Part shown: positions 7,348-16,893 of the stretch, piece by piece
Position numbering within the stretch: the stretch's first letter is position 1
Layout: the number at the start of each line of letters is the position of its first letter
Position numbers and translations under genes: made by a program
The notes under the pieces: model-generated
Database searches by the model: none
What the model saw: the letters and a program-made list of their open reading frames with translations, nothing else
What the model was told of the DNA's origin: nothing
Source: Dehalococcoidia bacterium
GTDB taxonomy: Bacteria > Chloroflexota > Dehalococcoidia > Lucifugimonadales > UBA2985
DNA: 64,000 nt
Reading direction: 5' to 3'
Assembly (NCBI GenBank): GCA_965221925.1
Contig: OZ244924.1
Span: 68,199 to 132,198, forward strand

Positions 7348-9312
7348 CTACTCAGATATCCACCATCTATCGTAGAGGCGCTGCTGCGAGTAGGTTCCAA
7401 GGCTGTAGAAATGGGTCCCTCTCAGCCTGGGAGCTGTGCCCCAAGCAGTGTTCATGGAGCCCAGGAACACACCCGTTGTTCGTTCCTCAATCATGTACTT
7501 GGACAGGCTTCTGACCATCTCCAAGCGCGTCTCGTAATCCGTCTCTACGTCCTGTTCCTCTATCAGGGCGTCAATCCTGTCCAGCTCAGGTTGGAGCTCC
7601 TTGCCTTCGTCCTGTCCCTTCCAGGCCCGGACGTAGGCATCCGGTCTGGTGCCCGTCTTGGAGTGAGCCCCAAAGAAGCCGTCGCTGGGGTCTGGAATGT
7701 AGCCCATCCCGTGCATGGGAGCGGCGTCCGGCTGCAGGACGAACGTGCCCTCCTGGCGCTTCTGTATCCACTCACCTACCTCCACGAATTTGCCGTCCAG
7801 TTCCCAGCCAAGGTTCTCCCTGAACTGGTCCAAGGCCCATACGCCGATCTCACGGCGACTCAGCAGGGTCCAGATGGTCATCTCCGTGTCCGATGGCCGT
7901 TCCCCAGGCCCGAAGACCTCATCCAAGAGCCGGTTGGCCTCGGCAATGTCTTCGTCCTTCTGGTCAGCCCGCCACCCGGGGAACTTCAAGAACTCCTCCT
8001 CCGGCCATGACCACGAACTGGCGCGGTGGAGGTAGAAGTTGTGAGACGCCATGTTCAATGTGCCGGCCTTGTTGAATTCTATCCAGGCTTGCCTGTCCAG
8101 GGCCAGGTGGATTGCCCATCTGACCTTCCACTGGTCAAAGGGGGCCCTGAAGGGGTTCATGGGCAGCTGTGATATGTGGTTGTACTCCACCTCATGGATG
8201 GTGTAGTCGGGGTAGTTCTCCTGCATCTGCTTGACCTGTGCCTTGGTCAGGCCGCTGCTGCCGTGGCCGGCGTGGTCTATCTTCCCCGTTATGAAGGACG
8301 TGTACTTGGTGTTGTAGTCCAGTATGGGGTAGAACTCGTAGCCGTCCACGAAGGGAGCGCCCTCTATCCAGTAGTTGGGATTGGTGCGGGTCTTCAGGAC
8401 CACGTCCGGCTCCCAGGATGTGGGTATCTGTGGGCCTGTGCCCATGTCCAGGAGATAGCCCGTTTCTTCGCCGGTGGACTGGATGGCAGGATGCTCGGCG
8501 TCCATCCACTCCTTGTACTCCTTGTCCCAAATGGCAATGCCGGAGGCCAGCCAACCGGTGGTGGGGTTCCTGAACTTCTCAAATTGCAGGACTACGGACT
8601 TGCCCTGGGGGCCGTCCGGGCAGGTGATGTTATCCAGGTGCCCCATCTTCTCCTTGCCCGCGGCTACGGTGCTGGCCACCGTTCCCTCCGGAGGGGCAGC
8701 GAACCACTCCATGCTGTGCTTCACGTCCTCGCACGCCAGTTCAGTGCCAAACCCCGGGGCGCCCATGTCCTTGGCGTACCCCTCGGACTGGAACTGAATG
8801 TCGTCCCGTAGCACAAAGGTGTAGGTAGCGCCGTCCGGAGATACTTCCCATGTTTCGCACAGGTCGCAGAAAACCCCGTCGCTCTGCTCCAGCCAGGGGT
8901 CAAACATCAGGAGGCTGTTGTGCGCCTCAAAGGACAGGTTGATGAAGGCGCTCCATCCCAAGTTGACTTGAGTCCGCGTCGGAGTGGCCGGGCCGCTCAG
9001 CCTGACTATTCCTCCGTACTTGGGCTCACCCCACTCACTCTGATAACCCGGATGGTTCTTGAGATAGCCAACCCAGTTCTCCCTGAAGGCGTCCGATACA
9101 ACGCGATCAGGCACGGCGGTTGCCGTGGCCTCCATCATCGCGGTTGCCGTAGGCTCTATCGCGGGTGTAGTGGCCGTAGGTGACGGGGGCATTGTGGCGG
9201 TCGGGGCGCTGGTTGGCGTAGCCGAGTCCCCTCCGCAGGCGAGCGCCACCACCGCTACGGTGGCAACGACAATCGCAAGAAACATCCTAGCAGTGGCCGA
9301 ATAACGTAACAT
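7348..9312 (-). CDS. ABC transporter substrate-binding lipoprotein, family 5 (peptide/nickel)
   Basis: Signal peptide with lipobox (VALACGG) followed by a Pro/Thr linker and an SBP_bac_5-like body. SD AGGAGGG is present. Confidence 0.9.
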   Translation of the reverse strand: MLRYSATARMFLAIVVATVAVVALACGGDSATPTSAPTATMPPSPTATTPAIEPTATAMMEATATAVPDRVVSDAFRENWVGYLKNHPGYQSEWGEPKYGGIVRLSGPATPTRTQVNLGWSAFINLSFEAHNSLLMFDPWLEQSDGVFCDLCETWEVSPDGATYTFVLRDDIQFQSEGYAKDMGAPGFGTELACEDVKHSMEWFAAPPEGTVASTVAAGKEKMGHLDNITCPDGPQGKSVVLQFEKFRNPTTGWLASGIAIWDKEYKEWMDAEHPAIQSTGEETGYLLDMGTGPQIPTSWEPDVVLKTRTNPNYWIEGAPFVDGYEFYPILDYNTKYTSFITGKIDHAGHGSSGLTKAQVKQMQENYPDYTIHEVEYNHISQLPMNPFRAPFDQWKVRWAIHLALDRQAWIEFNKAGTLNMASHNFYLHRASSWSWPEEEFLKFPGWRADQKDEDIAEANRLLDEVFGPGERPSDTEMTIWTLLSRREIGVWALDQFRENLGWELDGKFVEVGEWIQKRQEGTFVLQPDAAPMHGMGYIPDPSDGFFGAHSKTGTRPDAYVRAWKGQDEGKELQPELDRIDALIEEQDVETDYETRLEMVRSLSKYMIEERTTGVFLGSMNTAWGTAPRLRGTHFYSLGTYSQQRLYDRWWISE

Positions 9313-9386
9313 CGTATCTGCCCTCCTAAGGAAGATGGCGAGAGCGTATCACTCCCGCAACCGTATGTCAACAGCTTTCCGCTAAG

Positions 9387-9742
9387 GGTATTCTTACAGG
9401 GGTTGGCATCTTCTGGGTGAGGGTTCTGAACACACCTAGGCCGCGCCGTTACGAGGCGCGAACGCAGGGTCAGCCGCCAGACCACCCCTGCGAAGCCTGC
9501 CCCGTACTCTGATACGGGGCAGGGGTCTAGCATGCGCTATCACGGGCGCCTGGATTCCTGCTTCCGGAGACCTTTGAATAACTCTGGGCGCCATCCTGTG
9601 AGAAGACGCTCCAACTGTCATTCCGAACGGAGCACAGCGGAGTGAGGAATCTAAAGGCTCTCATCCCCCACGAGGACCCTTGTGTCTGGAATCTTCTCGT
9701 GACTACGGCGCAACGTCTTAGATTCCTCGCTGCGCTCGGAAT
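9387..9742. repeat. REP modules plus the left part of MITE copy A
   Basis: The region 9571-9742 matches MITE copies at 52135-52336 (reverse complement) and 60521-60720. This copy is interrupted at 9742 by the IS element. Confidence 0.85.
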
Positions 9743-10726
9743 TGTAGATGTCAGGTAATTCGTTGACAGATTTTGCAGGGTTTGTAGAGGTGTCTTCCCT
9801 CCGAGACCCTGGTGGGGTCTCTCCGTGTTGTAGTAGAGGAGGTACTGCATGAGTTCATTCTTTAACTCCTCCACGGACTCAAATGTGGTCTCCTCCAGCA
9901 GGTCTTCATTGAGAGTCCGCCAGAAGCGTTCCACCTTACCGTTGGTCTGGGGCCTGTAGGGCCTGGTGTAACGATGCTTGATCCCCAATTCCATTAGCAT
10001 CCTCTCGAAGGGGTGCCCGTCCTTACTCTTGTGCGTGGCCACCTCAGGCCCGTTGTCCGTGAGGATGGCCTCAAAGCGCACCCCATATTCTGCATTCAGA
10101 AAGTTGATACTCTTTAGGGCAGCGAACATCACGCTCAGGCTCTTCAGGTCCTCCGCCACCTCGACCCAGGCCAGACGAGTGCAGGAGTCCAAAAGCGCCA
10201 CCAGATAGTAGCGCTGTCTGCTCCCCAGGACCAAGTCTCGGCTCAGGTGGTGGCAGTCCAGATGCCCCAGCTCTCCGGCACGAGTCTTGATTATCCTGCG
10301 CTTTGACTGCTCCATGGGCTTGGTCAATCTGTTCAGGTTGTGGCGCCGGCTTATGGCGTAGATAGTGGATGGCGCAGGTGTGTGGGACTTCAGCGCCGGA
10401 TGAAGTATCCCATATATCTCATACCGGTTGATACCATTCCGCCTAAGCTCCAACACCTTCTGCTCTATGAACGGCAACGTACGTCGGCTCTTCCACCGGG
10501 GTCCACGCTTCAGAGGCAGCAGAGACCGGTCACTACCTTCCTGCCTGTACCGGTTGTAGTACTTGGCAAAGGTCTGACGGCTGGCGCCATGAAAGTTGTA
10601 GAAGTCCTGGACAAAACGGAAGCGGGGGCGCTTCTTGGCTTTTACCAACTCGTACTCTCTTACCAGAAACCTCCACTTCTGAATGTAGTTCCGCTCTACC
10701 GTCCGGTCCTTGCTATTGTTCCGCAT
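9527..10726 (-). CDS. IS481-family DDE transposase (rve domain)
   Basis: Has an N-terminal HTH plus LTDNGPE and RPYRPQTNGKVERFWRTLNED motifs. There is no stop codon inside the IS. 328 codons lie inside the element and about 71 more read on through the IR into the flanking MITE. Confidence 0.9.
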   Translation of the reverse strand: MRNNSKDRTVERNYIQKWRFLVREYELVKAKKRPRFRFVQDFYNFHGASRQTFAKYYNRYRQEGSDRSLLPLKRGPRWKSRRTLPFIEQKVLELRRNGINRYEIYGILHPALKSHTPAPSTIYAISRRHNLNRLTKPMEQSKRRIIKTRAGELGHLDCHHLSRDLVLGSRQRYYLVALLDSCTRLAWVEVAEDLKSLSVMFAALKSINFLNAEYGVRFEAILTDNGPEVATHKSKDGHPFERMLMELGIKHRYTRPYRPQTNGKVERFWRTLNEDLLEETTFESVEELKNELMQYLLYYNTERPHQGLGGKTPLQTLQNLSTNYLTSTIPSAARNLRRCAVVTRRFQTQGSSWGMRAFRFLTPLCSVRNDSWSVFSQDGAQSYSKVSGSRNPGARDSAC

Positions 10727-10790
10727 ATTCGCCTCCAGAATAGCTCTTCTCCTTGATACTATTCTGTCAACGAATTACCTGACATCTACA
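9743..10790 (-). mobile_element. IS481-family insertion sequence (1048 bp)
   Basis: Perfect 27-bp terminal inverted repeats TGTAGATGTCAGGTAATTCGTTGACAG (9743-9769 and 10764-10790). It is flanked by a 5-bp GGAAT duplication (9738-9742 and 10791-10795). The uninterrupted target sequence is seen in the MITE copy at 52135. Confidence 0.93.
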
Positions 10791-11105
10791 GGAATGACAT
10801 CAAATGGCGCGTTGGGCGGTTGCGCAATGGTCTCCATAGCGCGGGTATGGGGCGAGCCGGAAGGCCATCGTCACGGCGTACATGCGCGTTCTCTGCTCTG
10901 TGGGAAAGCTCACAACGCAATTAGCCACATCTCGAAGGTGGTTCTGCCCCTCCATCACCGTCCTGGATAATGGCGGTCTCAGGGAGCTTGTTAGGGCTTC
11001 CACGCACACGCGTGGATAGCCCGCCTCGCCCACTGGCTTGCCATGCAAGGCCCGGTGATGCCTCTTGGTGGGATGTGTTATGGGACTAGGGAAGAAGGGT
11101 CCGGG

Positions 11106-11966
11106 TTATTCCCGGCGGAACGCGCCCCGAATTGCGTCCTCCGGGAAGAGGCTCGGGACCGCGCCGTCAACGGCGTAGTTGTACAGGGCCGCCTTGTAGA
11201 TGCCGTCCAGTGTTGCGAACACCAGAGCAATACCCGCGACGAGCACGACGCCGACAACAATTGCCATGAAGACACCGAAGCCGCCGAAAGGCGACAGGAC
11301 AAAGAACAGCACAGCAATGATCGCAGCAGCAGCAAGGTAGCTCAGGAGCGCCGCGATGCCCAGGCCAAAGTTGGCCACGATCTGCTCACCCCACGTGCGG
11401 CGCAGCATTGAGAGCGACGTCTTGAACGCGTCGCCGAGAGGACGGCGCTCAATGACTATCAGCGGCACAATAAAGTAGGTGATAAGCGTCCACGCGGCGC
11501 CCAGCATGGAAATGACGATATGGCTGATCATGCCCATGATGCCGCCACGCTGCCGCGCCTGGCTGGACAGGATGTTCAGTATCAACCCGACGGTTGCGGC
11601 GAGGACCGCCCACATGAATATCGTCACTATAGATTGAGTTGCCCCGCTCAGGCCGGAGCGTATATTCGGGTCGCCACCGGCCAGCCGCTCGTGGGCGGCG
11701 TACACCAGCGCGCTGTTGAAGAATATGATAACGAAGTAGGAGAAGACGTAGAACGCAAAGGTTACGACAAGATCGCCACCGCCAACGGCGCCGGCATTAA
11801 TCCGGTCCAGCGCGCCTATCCCCAACCCGACTCCCATGAACGTCATCATCACAAGGACCACGCCGATTGAGGAGAAAAGTGGAAACAGGATGAGCTCCTT
11901 GTCCACTGCAAGAACGTGGAGACAGAGCTTGACGAGCCTGAAGCTCCTGCCAATGGTCGCAAACAT
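11106..11966 (-). CDS. Multi-pass membrane protein (resembles DUF6159-type proteins)
   Basis: SD AGGAGAAG lies before ATG 11966. The N-terminus is MFATIGRSFRLVKLCLHVLAVDKELILFPLFS, followed by 5-6 TM helices. The family name is from memory only. Confidence 0.75.
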   Translation of the reverse strand: MFATIGRSFRLVKLCLHVLAVDKELILFPLFSSIGVVLVMMTFMGVGLGIGALDRINAGAVGGGDLVVTFAFYVFSYFVIIFFNSALVYAAHERLAGGDPNIRSGLSGATQSIVTIFMWAVLAATVGLILNILSSQARQRGGIMGMISHIVISMLGAAWTLITYFIVPLIVIERRPLGDAFKTSLSMLRRTWGEQIVANFGLGIAALLSYLAAAAIIAVLFFVLSPFGGFGVFMAIVVGVVLVAGIALVFATLDGIYKAALYNYAVDGAVPSLFPEDAIRGAFRRE

Positions 11967-12259
11967 AATTGCTTCTCCTAACGCGCGGCGGTTGCCACCG
12001 GTGGTTTGATCTCTCAACTAAGTATCATCTTCTGAACGCTTCTCAGTCAAGCTTTTCTGTGTTACAACTATCGTGGATGGAATGCCCTGGTTAGGCTGAG
12101 GAAGGCTGCGCCAGTTGCTGAGCCGTATTTGGAGGTTCACTGAAACCGACGCTCCGCTCCGGTCAGTTCCTCCAGGTTGCGAGCCTGTCGGCTTTCTCGT
12201 TGACGCCTCTGGTTGCCGGGTGGGTCCGAACGGGGAATTTAGGTGATGGAGAATCTGCC

Positions 12260-13036
12260 ATGGACATTAACGACATCTTCACCAAGGGACTTGAATTCGA
12301 AGATGCCCTGAACCTGTTAGGACCACTGTCGATTTATCTCCTGGGCATTTCCGGTTATGGAATCTTGGTCTTCAAATTCTATAGATTCGTGGCTGCCAGG
12401 GACATGTTCGAGTTGGATTTGTCCAGATATGCAGGCTTGAGATTCCGATGGGCCAGGGACATGTTCCACGCCACCCTTTATGTCGTGAAATACCTCATTC
12501 TGTTTCCGGTCTTCGCTTTTTTCTGGTTCGCTGCCCTGACGCTTATGTTGGCCTTCCTTTCGAAGGGGCAGTCCCTCTCGGAGACGCTGTTGATAGCCGT
12601 CGCCACGGTAAGCGCGATCCGAGTGACAGCCTACTACAATGAGGACCTGTCCAAGGATCTGGCCAAGATCTTGCCATTTGCGGTCATGGGTGTCTTCCTC
12701 ATCGACGGGTCTTTCTTCTCTTTTTCGGAGTCGCTAAACACCCTGAGTGAGGTTGGAAGTAACAGTGAAGGCATACTCTACTACCTGGTATTCCTCATAG
12801 CCTTAGAGTTTCTGCTACGGTTTCTCACGGGGATTGCAAAGCTACTAAGTCCCCCAGAGGGGCGATCACGCGAGACTACCGGCCAGACTGTAGCCTCCAA
12901 ACCCCCACCCACTATCGAAACCCTGACAACCGGAGGTGAATCGCCTCCGACATCTGCCGAGGAAGACGAGGAGTCTACTCAAGAACTCACCTCTCCACAC
13001 GAGGAAGAACCCTCGGACTCAGCTCCAAGGTCCTAA
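12260..13036 (+). CDS. Membrane protein with an acidic Pro/Ser/Glu-rich tail (hypothetical)
   Basis: Starts at ATG 12260 (MDINDIF), with TTG 12200 as an alternative. It has several TM helices. Local GC looks lower than in the neighbouring genes. Confidence 0.65.
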   Translation: MDINDIFTKGLEFEDALNLLGPLSIYLLGISGYGILVFKFYRFVAARDMFELDLSRYAGLRFRWARDMFHATLYVVKYLILFPVFAFFWFAALTLMLAFLSKGQSLSETLLIAVATVSAIRVTAYYNEDLSKDLAKILPFAVMGVFLIDGSFFSFSESLNTLSEVGSNSEGILYYLVFLIALEFLLRFLTGIAKLLSPPEGRSRETTGQTVASKPPPTIETLTTGGESPPTSAEEDEESTQELTSPHEEEPSDSAPRS

Positions 13037-13209
13037 GCCGGCGTCCCCAGAGAGATTTTTCCAGTTACCTGCAACCTCTACATCACGTATGAGACAAGCT
13101 CAGTACGGTACGCTCTGGCCTTCCAGTTGTGGCCTTCGTGTTCTGAATGTATAACTGGCCGCAACGGACACCGCTCTACTAGCCAAGAATTCTGGCTGGC
13201 GAGTCGAAA

Positions 13210-13240
13210 GGCCGCCGCAACGAGTGCGACGGCCCTTTTT
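13210..13240 (+). terminator. Rho-independent terminator-like hairpin
   Basis: ggccgccgca-acgag-tgcgacggcc followed by cttttt. Confidence 0.5.
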
Positions 13241-13451
13241 ACCTACCTGACGTGTCCGATTTTACCTCATGGACGAACTGCGGTCGCTGGACAGGAGCTT
13301 GGGGAACTTGGGCGCTTATCAGGATGCGCTCTTCCTGATGGATCACATAACGCGGTAGTCACAGGATGCTGCGGAGCCTTCAGGCTATAGCCAGTAGTCC
13401 GTAGTATGCGACGCGCCATGGCGTACTGGCCGGCAGGAATCCTTACGCTAA

Positions 13452-13595
13452 AAGCGCCGCGGGCCGGCGGAGCTGGGCAACCTCTCCAATTTGGAGCTGC
13501 CGGCTCTGTACGCCAACCAGTTGAGAGGGTGCGTACCGAGCGCTTTGCAAGACCAGGTGGATGTGGATTTCTTGGGTGGCCTTCCATTCTGCTAA
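13452..13595 (+). pseudogene. C-terminal remnant of an LRR protein
   Basis: Translates to ELGNLSNLELPALYANQLRGCVPSALQDQVDVDFLGGLPFC*. This parallels the C-terminus of ORF 14013-14951 (...LYLSGNRLTGCLPRDLL...GDLRFC*). An in-frame stop lies immediately upstream. Confidence 0.6.
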
Positions 13596-13607
13596 TGCCG
13601 CCGTTCC

Positions 13608-13739
13608 TCAGCCTGATAAGGCCGGCATATCGTCCAGGATGGCTCGCATGGTGTCCTCGGCCAGGACAGGCCCGGCACACTTTCGCACTACGCTGCTCTG
13701 TTTGCCGATGAAGAGCTTTTTTCGGAATGTATTTGCTTT
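13608..13739 (-). pseudogene. C-terminal remnant of a TlpA/redoxin-like protein
   Basis: Translates to ...KKLFIGKQSSVVRKCAGPVLAEDTMRAILDDMPALSG*. It is bounded upstream by a stop codon and is a paralogue of the remnant at 14964-15071. Confidence 0.5.
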
Positions 13740-14012
13740 TCAGTATGCATATCCGCTAGAATTGAGGCTGACCGATGTATGAGGATGCCATTGGCCACAG
13801 GATTGCCGGTTCCACTGAGTCTTGCAATAGGCGCCGGCTCTTCCGGCAACCGTGGCGTCCTGCGGCTCGGAAGAGCCTACGGTCCGAGGAGAGACGGGGC
13901 GCTAGGACATGCTGGCTTGGTGTTCCGTCCCAGCCTTATGCGCGAGGCGCTCTTGAGGCGCCACGTCCATGTGATACCCCTTCAGCTCAACTAGAGCCAA
14001 GGGGTAAAGATA

Positions 14013-14951
14013 ATGACAGGTACGGCGATTAAAGGATGGGTTACCATACTGGGACTTGTCCCAGCTATTGTTCTACTTGCGTCTCTGCCGGCCTGCGACC
14101 TTGATGAGCCCACGCCCACTCCTACCCCTGTGCCTGCGCCTGCGCCTACCCCCACGCAAACTCCCACACCACCCAGCCCCACCCCCGAGCCTACGGCCTC
14201 TGTCGAGACGGACCGCAAGTCGCTGATCGCGTTTTACCACGCCACAGACGGCCCCCACTGGACAAACAACGACAACTGGATGACCGGCGCTCCACTGGGC
14301 GATTGGTACGGCGTCAACACCGATGAGGGTGGCCGCGTCATCAGGCTGCTGCTCCACGACAACGGCTTGATTGGCCGGATTCCAGTCGAGCTGGGGCGAA
14401 TGTCCGAGCTGGAACAGCTACTTCTGAGCGGAAACCGGTTGAGCGGAGAGATACCGCCAGAACTGGCCGGCCTCACTAATCTGGAGTTTCTCTACCTCTA
14501 TGGCAACCGGCTGAGCGGGGTGATTCCGAAGGAGTTGGGACGGCTTGCCAACCTGGAACAGCTGATGATGAGCGGAAACCGACTGAGCGGAGAGATACCC
14601 GGGGAGCTGGGAGGTCTCTCCAGTCTGCAGACGCTCTACCTCTTTGAAAATCAGTTGGATGGAGCAATCCCGCGCGAGCTTGGCAATCTATCCAGCTTGA
14701 GGGAACTGCATATGGATGGGAATGACCTGACAGGGGAGATTCCGGGCGAGTTTGGCAATCTGGCCAGCCTGGAACAGTTGTCCCTTAGCGGAAATCGGCT
14801 GAGTGGAGAGGTGCCGGAAGAGATCGGTAGCCTTCCCAATTTGAATGTCCTGTACCTATCCGGCAACAGGTTGACCGGCTGCCTGCCGCGCGATCTGCTG
14901 AGCCGGCTGAACTTGGGCCTGTCAAACGTTGGCGATCTCCGTTTCTGCTGA
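14013..14951 (+). CDS. Lipoprotein with plant-type (24-residue) leucine-rich repeats
   Basis: Signal peptide with lipobox (SLPAC), then a Pro/Thr linker, an LRRNT-like cap (WTNNDNWMTGAPLGDWYGVNTD) and about 8 repeats of LxxLxLxxNxLSGxIPxELGxL. Confidence 0.88.
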   Translation: MTGTAIKGWVTILGLVPAIVLLASLPACDLDEPTPTPTPVPAPAPTPTQTPTPPSPTPEPTASVETDRKSLIAFYHATDGPHWTNNDNWMTGAPLGDWYGVNTDEGGRVIRLLLHDNGLIGRIPVELGRMSELEQLLLSGNRLSGEIPPELAGLTNLEFLYLYGNRLSGVIPKELGRLANLEQLMMSGNRLSGEIPGELGGLSSLQTLYLFENQLDGAIPRELGNLSSLRELHMDGNDLTGEIPGEFGNLASLEQLSLSGNRLSGEVPEEIGSLPNLNVLYLSGNRLTGCLPRDLLSRLNLGLSNVGDLRFC

Positions 14952-14963
14952 GGACTTGTAGCC

Positions 14964-15071
14964 TCAGCCGGAGGCGCTCAGCATCTCATCCAGGATGTCT
15001 CGAAGCGCATCCTCCATCCGGACCCGGCCGGCAAGCTTGCGAACCACCCTGCCCTCCGGGTCGACGCAGAT
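14964..15071 (-). pseudogene. C-terminal remnant of a TlpA/redoxin-like protein
   Basis: Translates to ICVDPEGRVVRKLAGRVRMEDALRDILDEMLSASG*, with an in-frame stop directly upstream. Confidence 0.5.
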
Positions 15072-15192
15072 TCAACCCTAAAGGTTCACAGGGTAGCCGG
15101 GTATGTGATTCCCTATTGATATGTTGTAGGATGACCCTTAGCGCTGAGGCGGACGCCTATCTCAGATTTGGATTCAGGGCTAAGGAGATAAC

Positions 15193-16488
15193 TTGGCAAA
15201 GACCGGTTCCAAAACCGCCATCCCACCGCAGATCAAGCGGAACACGGCGTATTTGGCCTCCTCCCAGGCCTTCAATGGCGCCGGCGCTCAGATGGTGCCA
15301 ACGCTGGGACCGGTTCTGGTAACCCAAATGATCGGATCGGCCACTCTTGCCGGGATCGGTTCCAGTATCACAGGGCTCAGCCGATTTATTATCGCCTATC
15401 CCATTGGCAGGTTCACCGACGCCTTCGGCAGAAAGGCAGGGGTCATTCTTGGGCTACTTCTGGTAGGATCCGGCGCTTCTATCACGGGCGTCGCCGCAGT
15501 AATGCAGTCATTCCCCATTTTCGTTCTGGGCATATTTGTCCTCGGTCTGGGCACAGGCGCGGTCCAGCAACTGCGGGTAGCAGCAACAGACATGTACCCG
15601 CCCAATCGTCGAGCGGAGGGGTTGGGGTTGGTCCTTACCGGATCGCTGGTAGGCGCTCTTGCCAGTCCAATCCTCATCAAGACCTCAGAAACAGTCGCCG
15701 GTGGTATCGGCCTAGAGCCCATCGCCCTTGCATGGTTCTTCATACCCATCCTCGTGATCGCCAGCTTGATTATGGTCCTGCAAGTTCGACCGGACCCCAA
15801 GGAGATCGCCTCCAACCTTGCTGACTATTTTCCCGATTATAGGCCGTCGGAAACGCCGGAACGGGCCACAGGCAAAGTTGGAATCCTCTATTTCCTTAAT
15901 CACTACCCAAAGCTAACCGCCTTTATGTCTATGTTCTCCGCACAGGGCAACATGAATATGATGATGGTCATGACCTCTATCGCCCTGCGCCGCCACGACT
16001 ACACCCTCACTGCAATTTCTATCTCCGTTGCTATTCACGTAGTCGGGATGTTCGGGTTCTCACTGCCGCTAGGGAAACTTACCGACAGGATCGGCCGAAG
16101 GAACGTGATGCTACTAGGCTTGGCCCTAGCCTCGGCCGGGTCGTGGTTTGTCGTGGCCACGTCCGCTTACGTAGTTATCACCACGGGCACCTTCTTTGTA
16201 GGTCTAGGCTGGTCCTGCGTCAACATAGCCGCAACCGCCCTCTACGCAGACACTACCAGTCCCGCCGAACGAGGTCGCGTCATAGGCGCCAACGATACAT
16301 TTACCGCCGCCGCCGCTATCACCATGCCCATTGTGGGCGGTGTAGTGGTAGAATATCTGGGCTTACGCATGCTGGGTTTCTTTGGCATGGCTTTGATGGC
16401 GCCTCCGCTTCTCTTACTTCTTCGGCTGCGGGAGTCCCATCCCGGCGTATACCAGGATAGAAGCAAAGCCAACGCCAAGCCGGCATAA
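15193..16488 (+). CDS. MFS transporter
   Basis: SD AAGGAG lies before TTG 15193. It has about 12 TM helices and an MFS loop motif (GRFTDAFGRK; DRIGRRNVM). Confidence 0.88.
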   Translation: MAKTGSKTAIPPQIKRNTAYLASSQAFNGAGAQMVPTLGPVLVTQMIGSATLAGIGSSITGLSRFIIAYPIGRFTDAFGRKAGVILGLLLVGSGASITGVAAVMQSFPIFVLGIFVLGLGTGAVQQLRVAATDMYPPNRRAEGLGLVLTGSLVGALASPILIKTSETVAGGIGLEPIALAWFFIPILVIASLIMVLQVRPDPKEIASNLADYFPDYRPSETPERATGKVGILYFLNHYPKLTAFMSMFSAQGNMNMMMVMTSIALRRHDYTLTAISISVAIHVVGMFGFSLPLGKLTDRIGRRNVMLLGLALASAGSWFVVATSAYVVITTGTFFVGLGWSCVNIAATALYADTTSPAERGRVIGANDTFTAAAAITMPIVGGVVVEYLGLRMLGFFGMALMAPPLLLLLRLRESHPGVYQDRSKANAKPA

Positions 16489-16749
16489 GCCCGCTAGAGC
16501 TGTCGTCAGTCGTATACTTGGAGAGTACTCACTTTTTGATTCCACGACCTCGTTTGCATTGTCCTCTGAGCCTGAGGAGTCCCCTTACGGGAGATACCGA
16601 TCAGCATGTCCTGAACCCCTGAAAACTGAGCCGGCTATAAACTCGTAGCAGGTAATAGGGAAACTGCGCGAAGTGGGAGCGCCGGCGCCCAAAGGACGCG
16701 CCATACGAGGAGCTGCAAGGAGGGTAGGTGTATCTGACACGCCTCCTAT

Positions 16750-16872
16750 GCGTGGAGCAAGGAGAATGGCAGCGTGGGTGTGGAGCGGGCCAAGAGGCTC
16801 AAGGAGATGGAGAATGTACGGCTTGAGAGGTTGGCGGCGGACCTGAGCTTGGACAAGGACATACTGATATAA
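16750..16872 (+). pseudogene. IS3-family OrfA leucine-zipper remnant
   Basis: Translates to VERAKRLKEMENVRLERLAADLSLDKDILI*, typical of the IS3-family OrfA C-terminal region. No OrfB follows. Confidence 0.6.
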
Positions 16873-16893
16873 TGCTCACCCGGGTGGGGGAAA

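Noticed and set aside
6255-7514. A 419-aa plus-strand ORF spanning the permease/SBP junction
   Set aside because: It is antisense to two well-supported transporter genes and crosses their intergenic region. No motifs are present.
10800-11048. An 82-aa minus-strand ORF between the IS element and the membrane protein gene
   Set aside because: No RBS or family motif is present. It starts inside the MITE flank.
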